From: Squalus acanthias
Taxonomy: Eukaryota
DNA: 64,000 nucleotides
NCBI GenBank assembly: GCA_030390025.1
Contig: CM059425.1
Coordinates: 167,836,001-167,900,000 of the forward strand
Direction of reading: 5' to 3'
The notes beneath the pieces are model-generated. The model worked only from the letters and a program-made list of their open reading frames with translations. It was not told the origin of the DNA and ran no database searches. Position numbers and translations under genes: made by a program. Each line of letters begins with the position of its first letter. Position 1 is the first letter of the stretch. Below are positions 10,786-20,962 of this stretch, piece by piece.

Positions 10786-12762
10786 TCCTCAGGTGAAGTA
10801 AATTGGATACAGAATCGCCAGAGCATATATAGATGGAAAAAAAAGCATGTGTACTTTACAATTGCAGACCAATAAATTAAATCATCCTGACTATCTGCCG
10901 AGGTGTGATAAAGTTAATTAAGTCAGCCAGGAAGGTACCACATCAAAAGACATAGCAAGATACAACTGAGACAATGAGGTGTAGTCGCAGGGGTTCTAAC
11001 GTGTCAAAAGCTGCCGTCTGTATGTAAAACGAAAAGTTTAAAAAAATTTACTTTTTTACTGGGAAAATTTTTACTTTTTTACTGGGAATCACATCTGTGA
11101 ACAAGCTAACGACGACTCGAGTCCGGATCACGTCATGTATCGTGACATAAACCCAAGATCCCGATTGAGACCGTCTTCATGAGTGCGGAACTTGGCTATC
11201 AGTTTCTGCTCGATGATTTTGCGTTGTCGTGTGTTTCTAAGGTTGCCTTGGAGAACGCTTACCCGCAGATCCGAGGCTGAATGTCCTTGACTGCTGAAGT
11301 GTTCCCCGACTGGGAGGTAACAATCCTGCCTGGCGATTGTTGCGCGGTGCTCGTTCATACGTTGTCTCAGTGTCTGCATGGTCTCGCCGATGTACCATGC
11401 CGCGGTGCATTCTTTCCTGCAACGTATGAGGTAGACAACGTTGGCCGAGTCACATGAGTATGTACCATGTACCTGGTGGGTAGTGTCCTCACGTGTGATG
11501 GTGGTATCTGTGTTGATGATCTGGCATGTCTTGCAGAGTTTGCCATGGCAGGGTTGTGTGGTGTCGTGGTCGCTGTTATCCTGAAAGCTGGGTAATTTGC
11601 TGCGAACGATGGTACTTCTGAGGTTAGGCGGCTGTTTGAAGGCAAGTAGTGGAGGCGTGGGGATGGCCTTAGCGAGGTGTTTGTTGTCATCGATGACATG
11701 TTGAAGGCTGCGAAGAACATGTCGTAGTTTCTCCGCTCCGGGGAAGTACTGGACGACGTAGGGTACCCTGTTGGTTGTGTCCCGTGTTTGCCTTCTGAGC
11801 AGGTCTATGCGATTTTTCGCTGTGGCCCGTCGGAACTGTCGATCGATGAGTCGAGCGTCATATCCCGTTCTTACGAGGGCGTTTTTCAGCGTCCGTAGGT
11901 GTCCATCGCGTTCCTCCTCGTCTGAGCAGATCCTGTGTATTCGCAGGGCTTGTCCATAGGGGATGGCTTCTTTAACATGGTTAGGGTGGAAGCTGGAGAA
12001 GTGGAGCATCGTGAGGTTGTCCGTGGGCTTGCGGTAGAGTGAAGTGCTGAGGTGTCCGTCTTTGATGGAGATTCGTGTGTCCAGGAATGAGACCGATTCT
12101 GAGGAGTAGTCCATGGTGAGTTTGATGGTGGGATGGAACTTGTTTATGTTATCGTGTAGTCTTTTCAGTGATCCTTCGCCATGGGTCCAAAGGAAGAAAA
12201 TGTCGTCGATGTATCTGGTGTACAGCGTTGGCTGGAGGTCCTGTGCAGCGAAGAAGTCTTGCTCGAACTTGTGCATGAAGATGTTGGCGTATTGGGGTGC
12301 GAATTTGGTCCCCATGGCTGTTCCGTGTGTTTGGGTAAAAAAATGGTTGTCGAAGGTGAAGACATTGTGGTCAAGGATGAAGCGGATGAGTTGTAGGATG
12401 GCGTCTGGAGATTGGCTGTTGTTGATGTTGAGTACTGAGGCTGTTGCAGCGATGCCGTCATCGTGGGGGATACTGGTGTAGAGTGCCGATACGTCCATCG
12501 TGGCAAGGAGTGTTCCTGGTTCAACTGGTCCGTGGGTGCTGAGTTTCTGTAAGAAGTCTGTAGTGTCGCGACAGAAGCTGGGGGTTCCCTGTACGATGGG
12601 TTTCAGAATGCCCTCGACGTATCCAGAGAGGTTCTCACACAGGGTTCCATTGCCTGATACGATAGGACGTCCGGGTGTGTTGGCTTTGTGTATCTTTGGG
12701 AGGCAGTAGAAGTCTCCCACGCGGGGAGTACGTGGGATGAGAGCGCGTAGGATGTTTTGAAG
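10786..12762 (-). mobile_element. Penelope-like element (Neptune-like), left arm: 5'-truncated and lacking the last ~115 nt
   Basis: Reverse complement of 12765-14743; ends at TCCTCAG, the reverse complement of the hammerhead box CTGAGGA. Confidence 0.92.
11128..12720 (-). CDS. PLE reverse transcriptase + GIY-YIG endonuclease, N-terminally truncated (frame open back to the palindrome centre; the annotated start is GTG)
   Basis: FYCLPKIHK..PGRPIVS, DVSALYT, GTAMG, RYIDD, FLD, Cys-rich linker PCHGKLCKTC, VVY...YIGET...LRQRMNEH...EQKLI...GLN. Confidence 0.9.
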   Translation of the reverse strand: MGDFYCLPKIHKANTPGRPIVSGNGTLCENLSGYVEGILKPIVQGTPSFCRDTTDFLQKLSTHGPVEPGTLLATMDVSALYTSIPHDDGIAATASVLNINNSQSPDAILQLIRFILDHNVFTFDNHFFTQTHGTAMGTKFAPQYANIFMHKFEQDFFAAQDLQPTLYTRYIDDIFFLWTHGEGSLKRLHDNINKFHPTIKLTMDYSSESVSFLDTRISIKDGHLSTSLYRKPTDNLTMLHFSSFHPNHVKEAIPYGQALRIHRICSDEEERDGHLRTLKNALVRTGYDARLIDRQFRRATAKNRIDLLRRQTRDTTNRVPYVVQYFPGAEKLRHVLRSLQHVIDDNKHLAKAIPTPPLLAFKQPPNLRSTIVRSKLPSFQDNSDHDTTQPCHGKLCKTCQIINTDTTITREDTTHQVHGTYSCDSANVVYLIRCRKECTAAWYIGETMQTLRQRMNEHRATIARQDCYLPVGEHFSSQGHSASDLRVSVLQGNLRNTRQRKIIEQKLIAKFRTHEDGLNRDLGFMSRYMT

Positions 12763-12806
12763 GTCTTCAAAACATCCTACGCGCTCTCATCCCACGTACT
12801 CCCCGC

Positions 12807-14399
12807 GTGGGAGACTTCTACTGCCTCCCAAAGATACACAAAGCCAACACACCCGGACGTCCTATCGTATCAGGCAATGGAACCCTGTGTGAGAACCTCC
12901 CTGGATACGTCGAGGGCATTCTGAAACCCATCGTACAGGGAACCCCCAGCTTCTGTCGCGACACTACAGACTTCTTACAGAAACTCAGCACCCACGGACC
13001 AGTTGAACCAGGAACACTCCTTGCCACGATGGACGTATCGGCACTCTACACCAGTATCCCCCACGATGACGGCATCGCTGCAACAGCCTCAGTACTCAAC
13101 ATCAACAACAGCCAATCTCCAGACGCCATCCTACAACTCATCCGCTTCATCCTTGACCACAATGTCTTCACCTTCGACAACCATTTTTTTACCCAAACAC
13201 ACGGAACAGCCATGGGGACCAAATTCGCACCCCAATACGCCAACATCTTCATGCACAAGTTCGAGCAAGACTTCTTCGCTGCACAGGACCTCCAGCCAAC
13301 GCTGTACACCAGATACATCGACGACATTTTCTTCCTTTGGACCCATGGCGAAGGATCACTGAAAAGACTACACGATAACATAAACAAGTTCCATCCCACC
13401 ATCAAACTCACCATGGACTACTCCTCAGAATCGGTCTCATTCCTGGACACACGAATCTCCATCAAAGACGGACACCTCAGCACTTCACTCTACCGCAAGC
13501 CCACGGACAACCTCACGATGCTCCACTTCTCCAGCTTCCACCCTAACCATGTTAAAGAAGCCATCCCCTATGGACAAGCCCTGCGAATACACAGGATCTG
13601 CTCAGACGAGGAGGAACGCGATGGACACCTACGGACGCTGAAAAACGCCCTCGTAAGAATGGGATATGACGCTCGACTCATCGATCGACAGTTCCGACGG
13701 GCCACAGCGAAAAATCGCATAGACCTCCTCAGAAGGCAAACACGGGACACAACCAACAGGGTACCCTACGTCGTCCAGTACTTCCCCGGAGCGGAGAAAC
13801 TACGACATGTTCTTCGCAGCCTTCAACATGTCATCGATGACGACAAACACCTCGCTAAGGCCATCCCCACGCCTCCACTACTTGCCTTCAAACAGCCGCC
13901 TAACCTCAGAAGTACCATCGTTCGCAGCAAATTACCCAGCTTTCAGGATAACAGCGACCACGACACCACACAACCCTGCCATGGCAAACTCTGCAAGACA
14001 TGCCAGATCATCAACACAGATACCACCATCACACGTGAGGACACTACCCACCAGGTACATGGTACATACTCATGTGACTCGGCCAACATTGTCTACCTCA
14101 TACGTTGCAGGAAAGAATGCACCGCGGCATGGTACATCGGCGAGACCATGCAGACACTGAGACAACGTATGAACGAGCACCGCGCAACAATCGCCAGGCA
14201 GGATTGTTACCTCCCAGTCGGGGAACACTTCAGCAGTCAAGGACATTCAGCCTCGGATCTGCGGGTAAGCGTTCTCCAAGGCAACCTTAGAAACACACGA
14301 CAACGCAAAATCATCGAGCAGAAACTGATAGCCAAGTTCCGCACTCATGAAGACGGTCTCAATCGGGATCTTGGGTTTATGTCACGATACATGACGTGA
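12807..14399 (+). CDS. PLE reverse transcriptase + GIY-YIG endonuclease, N-terminally truncated (frame open from 12765: LQNILRALIPRTPRVGDFYCLPKIHK)
   Basis: Same motifs as the mirror copy; 4 amino-acid differences (S/P, T/M, N/D, V/I). Confidence 0.9.
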   Translation: MGDFYCLPKIHKANTPGRPIVSGNGTLCENLPGYVEGILKPIVQGTPSFCRDTTDFLQKLSTHGPVEPGTLLATMDVSALYTSIPHDDGIAATASVLNINNSQSPDAILQLIRFILDHNVFTFDNHFFTQTHGTAMGTKFAPQYANIFMHKFEQDFFAAQDLQPTLYTRYIDDIFFLWTHGEGSLKRLHDNINKFHPTIKLTMDYSSESVSFLDTRISIKDGHLSTSLYRKPTDNLTMLHFSSFHPNHVKEAIPYGQALRIHRICSDEEERDGHLRTLKNALVRMGYDARLIDRQFRRATAKNRIDLLRRQTRDTTNRVPYVVQYFPGAEKLRHVLRSLQHVIDDDKHLAKAIPTPPLLAFKQPPNLRSTIVRSKLPSFQDNSDHDTTQPCHGKLCKTCQIINTDTTITREDTTHQVHGTYSCDSANIVYLIRCRKECTAAWYIGETMQTLRQRMNEHRATIARQDCYLPVGEHFSSQGHSASDLRVSVLQGNLRNTRQRKIIEQKLIAKFRTHEDGLNRDLGFMSRYMT

Positions 14400-14732
14400 T
14401 CCGGACTCGAGTCGTCGTTAGCTTGTTCACAGATGTGATTCCCAGTAAAAAAGTAAAAATTTTCCCAGTAAAAAAGTAAATTTTTTTTAAAGCTTTTCGT
14501 TTTACATACAGACGGCAGCTTTTGACACGTTAGAACCCCTGCGACTACACCTCATTGTCTCAGTTGTATCTTGCTATGTCTTTTGATGAGGTACCTTCCT
14601 GGCTGACTTAATTAACTTTATCACACCTCGGCAGATAGTCAGGATGATTTAATTTATTGGTCTGCAATTGTAAAGTACACATGCTTTTTTTTCCATCTAT
14701 ATATGCTCTGGCGATTCTGTATCCAATTTACT

Positions 14733-14770
14733 TCACCTGAGGAAGGAGCGATAGCTCCGAAAGCTTGTGA
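14733..14770 (+). ncRNA. Minimal type I hammerhead ribozyme motif in the PLE 3' region
   Basis: TCAC-CTGAGGA-A-GGAGC(GATA)GCTCC-GAAA-GCTT-GTGA: stem I TCAC/GTGA, core CUGANGA and GAAA, 5-bp stem II, palindromic AGCT in place of stem III. Confidence 0.8.
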
Positions 14771-15902
14771 TTTCAAATAAAACTGTTGGACTATAACCTG
14801 GTGTTGTGCGACCTCTCAATTTTGTCCACCCCAGTCCAACACCGGCATCTCCGCATCGTTTAAGTATCCCAGCTGAAAACACGACATCACTGACGTCATC
14901 AGACCCGTACCATTTAATAGGGCCGGGTAACGTGCAGGACGGCCTTAATAGGCCCCAATAATGGAAAGTCGATCTTAGGAGCAGCATGGTATGAAGAAGG
15001 GGCTCGCAACCCGCCACGGCAACTGCCCGCACCTGACCCGCCCAGGGACAGAAAATTCCAGCCGAAGGTTGCGAATGGTCTAGTTCAACCCCAGAAAGTT
15101 GGCAGCGAGAGTGATGGAGTCTCCAAAGACTCCTGGCCATCTGCTCTGTCTCTTCCCTTCCTTCTAGATCTATCCTGCAGTAATTCTGGAGCAAAGTTAA
15201 ATAGATATTGCTGGATTTTCCTGAGAAATTGAGGCATAGTAATGACGCATCTACAGCATACACCATTATAATGGCACAGAAATCCCAGGAAATGATGGTG
15301 TGAGTGACTTATACCATTACTAATGTCACACCATAATATCCAGGGACTTTTATGCCACTCCATTGAGACCCTTGCCAAAACAGTCAATTATAGCTCCTCC
15401 CCCATCAAAATCAATGTCGATCGCGATTTTGCTGAATTAATGCTACTTTAATCAGTGTTGACAGTTAGACCATTACAGAATGGCACTGGTGAGTTACGGA
15501 ACTAGTAACATAATTGCTCAGCAGGTTGCCTATATCTGAGAAACGGCTTAATTTTATAATAAATTGTAAAGCTCTCGCTCTCAATCAGTTGAGCATTTTC
15601 GAGTTAAAATCTAATCCTCATTAAACAAATGGATTTTATGGTATCAGATTGTCACATCATAACAGCAAAAAGGTTCTAAAAAGCCCAGTGGATATTAATT
15701 TAACAATCATTTATGATGTGAAAGTCACCATAATTTGTTAAGGTGCCACTTAAAACATTTACAGGTGAGAATGATTGCAACTCGTGCATTTATACTACTG
15801 TTTCCTTTTAAAAATATATAGATTTCAGTATTTCTAATAGGCTACTACTCTCAGAGTGATGGTTCCAATCAGAGTTTGTGCTCTTTTTTATCAAAATACA
15901 AT

Positions 15903-16665
15903 GGACCAGATCTTGCTGGAAAAATAATGGCATGTTAACGACGCCGCCATTATTAATGTACAAATCGGCCAGCAAGTTCAGGAGATTAAGAGATACGCCA
16001 TGAGTTGCAAATCTGCAGAATCTGCTGGTTGATTTACGCTGCTCCACCATTTGCTTTGCACAAACGGCATCTCGCCCTTGGCCTCCCCATTATTTTTAAT
16101 AACTTGCTGGATTTGCACGTTCATTTCCATTAAACTTCCCACAGAAAGTTACGTCTGGTAATTAACAGTATAAGTGTCTTTTTAATGACGTGTTAATTGT
16201 TAATCCACTGCCAATCAACCTCTCTGGCTCAGAATTGAACAATTTAAACTGTGGAGTCTCATTCCATCATGTGGTAAATTGTTCTTAGAGATTTTAAAAA
16301 TTGTCAAATTTTAAATTTAATTTTTTTTGTACTTTTCCTTTCTGCCGCTCTTTTCTCTCTCTCTTAATCCAATCTTTCTTTCCCTCAATTTATTTCTCTT
16401 TCTGTACCTGATTTGACTCTAATTCACCATCCTTCTCAATCCTTCCTCTGTTTCTTTCTCAATCCTTAAATCTCATTGGTTAAGGAGATACACTGTTGGT
16501 CCTGCCATTCACCGAGGTCCCCGATGCCCTGTTGCCCTCACCACTCCATTATCAGCTCGCAGTTCCAGCAACTTAAGGCGCAAAAAATTTTGAGCTGAAG
16601 GGTGCAGAAAAATGTCTAACTAACGGGGCACGCGTGAGATGCCCCGCTTCAGCAAGATTCAGCCC
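15903..16665. mobile_element. Harbinger-type MITE
   Basis: TIRs GGACCAGATCTTGCTG / CAGCAAGATTCAGCCC; AAT duplicated at 15900-15902 and 16666-16668; inverted homologue at 43290-44508. Confidence 0.75.
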
Positions 16666-17274
16666 AATCATTTCAAATATCGTTTCATCCCTTTTGCACA
16701 TTTTAATTTATAAAATTAATGGACTACCCGTGAGGAGAAACTATTGAATCCACATATTGAAATATCCGAGTATCTTTGATGAAAATCTATTTTTTTTCAG
16801 TCAAACAGAATATTCACGGTACATAGTAATAGTTGGTGTGGTAAAAAGCTTCTAAAATATTCCTACATGCCCGATTCCCTAAATAAACTATTTAGAAAGC
16901 TGACATCCCAGGCACCTTGGATCTGTATCGGACATTGGCTGTGCCGCTTCTGACTCGCTGTGCTGCTCACAGCAGTGTATTCCAATGAGTTCTCCAGCAA
17001 ATCTTGGTGTACATTTAACACTGCTCAATCGCGGAGCGCAACAGTCTACGTACAGCACCAATATTGCCGATTCTGCAAATTCCGAGTCATTAAAATGGAT
17101 AAATTACAACTTTCATCCAGAAATCTTACAGAAAATGAGGAATATTTTTGAACAGTTGAAAGTGTACTTAGCACTCAGAAGGGTGCTAAGATTCAGTAGT
17201 TTCTCCTCATGGGTAGTCCGTTAATTTTATAAATTAAAATGGGCAAAAGGGATTAAACGATATTTGAAATGACT

Positions 17275-17345
17275 GGGCTAGATCTTGCTGGAGTGGGGCA
17301 TCTCATGTGTGCCCCGTTAGTTAGACATTTTTCTGCACCCTTCAG
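17275..17345. mobile_element. Terminal fragment of the same MITE family, inverted relative to ~16593-16665
   Basis: GGGCTAGATCTTGCTGGAGTGGGGCATCTCATGTGTGCCCCGTTAGTTAGACATTTTTCTGCACCCTTCAG matches the reverse complement of that MITE end. Confidence 0.75.
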
Positions 17346-17365
17346 AAAATGTAAAAAATTACCAG

Positions 17366-17530
17366 ATGAAAGCATCTGTTTTCCTGCACATTATCGAGGT
17401 ACAAGGACTAGATATTTATAACTTCAGCTTTGAGGAAGAAGAGAATCTGTTGCTGGATATGATCATGAATAAGGTTGCGCGATATTGCAATCATAAAGGA
17501 ATTGTAGCCCATGCAAGGCACAAACTTTCA
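17366..17530 (+). mobile_element. Degenerate Gypsy-like gag remnant
   Basis: KASVFLHIIEVQGLDIYNFSF...IMNKVARYC...ARHKL resembles the Gypsy gag pattern K.A.FLH.IG..GLEIYN.F...KF..YC...ERH.F (recognition only). Confidence 0.45.
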
Positions 17531-18231
17531 CACATTCAGAAAATGAGTTATGTACACTTTGAGATATGTACACTTTGCCCATATACTTGGTGCAGGGAAA
17601 GGCAGCAACAAATAACTAATTTTGTTTTGCTGATATATCAAGCATGTATGAGTTGGAGTTTGACTTTGAAAACCACAAACCCAATTCAAAACCTTTAAAG
17701 TGTAAAAGATGCTTTAAAAGTCTTTGCAGGAGTGCTGCCAAAAGGCATGCCCTCAACCAAAGACATTATCACCAACTTATTTTTTAAGAAACCAACTGGG
17801 TCTTTTTTTATAGAGATATAAAGATGAAAACTTGAGGACATGATCATTGTAAAGTATTCCTTTCAATTGGGATCCATATTTAGATGCATTAAAAAGGCTG
17901 AAAGGCCATATAATTACTAATTATTATCCACATTTATCCTTTCCTGGCACGGTGCTCAACATCTGTTTCAGCATCTGCTTATGCCTGAAGTCGCATTAGC
18001 ATATCAGCAAACATCACACCATTAACCCTACGCTACAGTAAAAGTATTAACTATCAAATGTTTGTGCCAAGATTATACTGCTGTGCAGAAGCATATTAAA
18101 TGTGGCCCAATAACTCATTGGCAGTGAAGTTCAAACTTTGCAGTTCTTCAGTGTTTACTATCACCTCCTTGGAGCCTTAGAATTTGAAATTAATTTACAT
18201 AAATTATTCTTAGCTATCCTCTTCAGGTCCT

Positions 18232-18841
18232 TGTGTACTTAGGTATAGAGATAGACAGAGGGTCCAGTCCTTGTCAATGTGCCAGAAATAAGAGTTCTCG
18301 ATCCAGGAGTCAAACACTTACAAGTTTATTAAGGGTTAAAGAAACATACTCACAGACAGCACCCCAGAACACATGGAGATTCCTTGCTGTAGAAGATCAC
18401 ATGTTACAGTCAGTGAACTCATTTTCCAGATCTCCTCCTTCTGCTTCATCTTCTAACCTAATGTTACAATCTTGCCCTTTTATATCTTTCCAACTATATA
18501 TACACTTTTCACCAGCTCATACCAGTCTTTATCAAGAAGTTCCAGGCTCTCTAAACATCTGTCATCTGTGGTACAAATGCCTAGTAGATGCTGCTGGTGC
18601 TTAGGTTGAAGCAAAGCATGTAATGTGCCTATTATGGCTATACTACAGATATGTTAGTCTCTAAGAGTGCATGAATTGTGAGAAGGCTCAGATCTAAATG
18701 TACTCAATGTGTTGTTTAGCCTCGAGATCAGGCTGTTTGTGACCTCTGTGAAGACTGCCAATGTCAGAAAAAGTTCTGCAGGCTTTTAGCCTTTGGACTT
18801 AATACAAAATGGATTCCTCACTTGCTATTGACCCTTTAACA
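18232..18841 (-). mobile_element. Possible LTR
   Basis: Minus strand starts TG and ends CA, preceded by a purine-rich tract (GGAGAAGGGACGGTA); TATAAAA near 18480 and AATAAA near 18327 are in U3-R-U5 order; no TSD seen. Confidence 0.35.
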
Positions 18842-20962
18842 TACCGTCCCTTCTCCACACCAGACTAAAATCTAAATCTAGATATACATTAAAAATTTAC
18901 AAATTTACAAATTTTAATAGAAAAAAACTGAGTAAGCCCTGCTTTGGGATTTCATTTTTAGAAGTTCACTTACGAATAAAGGTTATCATAGAGGAATTCA
19001 TTAAATTCAAGGCCACAAATATTCAAAAAAGGATGAGTAACCCCATAAATTACCAGTAGTTTCCATACTTACATTAAGCTATAGTATTCATGTTCCAATG
19101 TTTGGTCAATTTCAGGTTAATTTCAGATTGCTTGCAAGTACTAAAAGCTGATAAACATTGGCCATTTGCTGCGTGACCTCTGAGTCTGATTCTCTGATAT
19201 GTTCGCTGCGGCATATTCCAATTAGAAAACCTTGGAGTAAATTTGCAACGGCAAGATCAGAACGCAAACAATGACATTTAGGTGCAAGTCGCCGATCCCG
19301 TCTTTGCAGGAAATTCTACCTCCTTATCTTATATGCCACATCTCACACAGAATGTAACATCCTTCCCCTCGCCCGCAAGCTATCAACCAGCAACATCTAT
19401 GAGGAGACTGATGAATCTTGCCTTCCATGTTTAATCCCAAACATTTTGTGCTTTAATCAAATAGGTTTTGGACTGAAAATCCGTCATGCATAAACCCAGA
19501 ATAAGGAAGGCAGGAACATAGGACTAAAGGAGACAAATTTAAATCAGTGAAAAGTAAATCTAAAACCAATATCAGTAAAAAAAAACTTATTTAATCAAAG
19601 AGTGATAAATGTTTAGAATAATCTGGCAGGTATAGGTGTCAAGCCAAAAATGTTCGGGAAATTTAAAGTGCAGTTAAATGCTAAGAATAGAGAGTTGAGG
19701 TACTAGAGGGATAAGCATTAACCACCCAATGGCCATTTGTCATCTTTGACTTTGCTCATGTTGATTTGTATATTTTAGCTTTTGATCTTTGTGGCAATCA
19801 TCTGGTTTATCCAAACAAACACACCCCAAAAACATTGTAAGACCAAGGGCAAATAAACCCCCAAAATTATGGACACAGAAGCAGAAAATATAGAAGTAGG
19901 AAAATAGTAAAGCAATTAATGCTTAAATACAGCTGCAAGTACTTGTACGCACATTTGGCAATGGTTGCTTCTTTACTTATGACTGTAAGTCTATTTTGCA
20001 CAGCAGATGTTTAGAAGTCCAACAGCTGTCATGATAATACAGCTGGAATAGAGCTTTCATCCAATTTATTTATTTGTTCTGAGTCAGGTTGATCCAGTCC
20101 CATCCACTGTCATAAATAACTCATTGCTGGCAAAATATAAAATTACCAATGCATTTCTATTCTCAGTTTCCCAATAGAAGCCAATTCAATGTAAACTTTG
20201 TAGCAATGCATGAAATACCTCATACACACTGCTACATTGTTACTCACTCAAAATGGGTATCTTCCCAATTTATGTGATGAATAGCTGGTACAGCAAGCAT
20301 TTTATGCAAGTGTGTTAGATTATCAGTCATAAAACACATTGCTTCAAATATTGTCTACTTCAGTAGAGCAGTTTTTGTCTTCCCTTCAACCAATTATTCT
20401 CACAAGCCCAGGCTGCCTTGTACACATAAAGGATGCATCATTTGATTCTCTTGAAGACACACAAGAGATTTCACTGGACTGTCTGCTATGCTGCCCTAAA
20501 TATCTTTGTTTAGCTTCAAAGTACAAATTCTCAAGTGCTGACAAAACAGATTTATAGAAACATTGACTTGAACCGACATGGATCTCATGTCTGCCTTCAG
20601 CAGACAGAATATTTTATTGCAATGAATCTCAAATTAATATTTGCCTCATTTAGAACTAGGGACACAAATTGTCTCAAAACTGTTTAACCTGTTTGAGCCT
20701 CACCAAAAAAAAGTTTCCACTAAAAAAAATAGTTTTTGTTGTAATACAGTAATAGTGAAGTAGAGAACAACAGGGGGTAGGTAGTACAACCCATGATTGT
20801 TTTGGCTGATGGCAATATGAGTTAAGAGTGTTGTGGGAAAACCCAAATTGTAACAATTATATTATGTTATTAGACACAAGACAGATAGATTAAGCCCTTT
20901 TTTATTCAGTTAGACAAACACATCTTGGAATCATAGTCCTCACTTTTACTTTATAAACATGT

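Larger units (their letters stand above)
10786..14743. repeat. ~3.96-kb near-perfect palindrome (arms 10786-12762 and 12765-14743, spacer GT)
   Basis: Centre GATGTTTTGAAG-GT-CTTCAAAACATC; mirror-image ORFs; by eye about six substitutions and two 1-nt indels between arms. Confidence 0.97.
12765..14858 (+). mobile_element. Penelope-like element (Neptune-like), right arm: 5'-truncated with a complete 3' end
   Basis: RT/GIY-YIG ORF, ~460-nt 3' region with hammerhead motif, AATAAA at 14776-14781, terminal ...CCAACACCGGCATCTCCGCATC. Confidence 0.93.
3761..15063. mobile_element. Harbinger DNA transposon A (internally deleted), hosting Harbinger B, a CR1 fragment and the PLE palindrome
   Basis: Perfect 15-bp TIRs GGCTGGAATTTTCTG (3761-3775) / CAGAAAATTCCAGCC (15049-15063); 3-bp flanks TAA/GAA; L2 is continuous across the ends; convergent transposase and Myb-like genes inside. 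Confidence 0.85.

Noticed and set aside
11128..14399. Two complete, divergently transcribed 530-aa genes with a bidirectional promoter
   Set aside because: The annotated starts are GTG (Val) codons inside a frame open to the palindrome centre; the N-terminus and promoter are missing
14397..14430. Terminal TGA as a selenocysteine codon, as in Naiad PLEs
   Set aside because: It follows the usual C-terminal GLN motif, there are no internal in-frame TGAs, and I could not identify a SECIS
10786..14743. Palindrome as a sequencing or assembly fold-back artefact
   Set aside because: Both flanks continue the same Harbinger element, the arms end asymmetrically and they differ by CpG-type changes on both sides. 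Judged unlikely, but only raw reads can exclude it.
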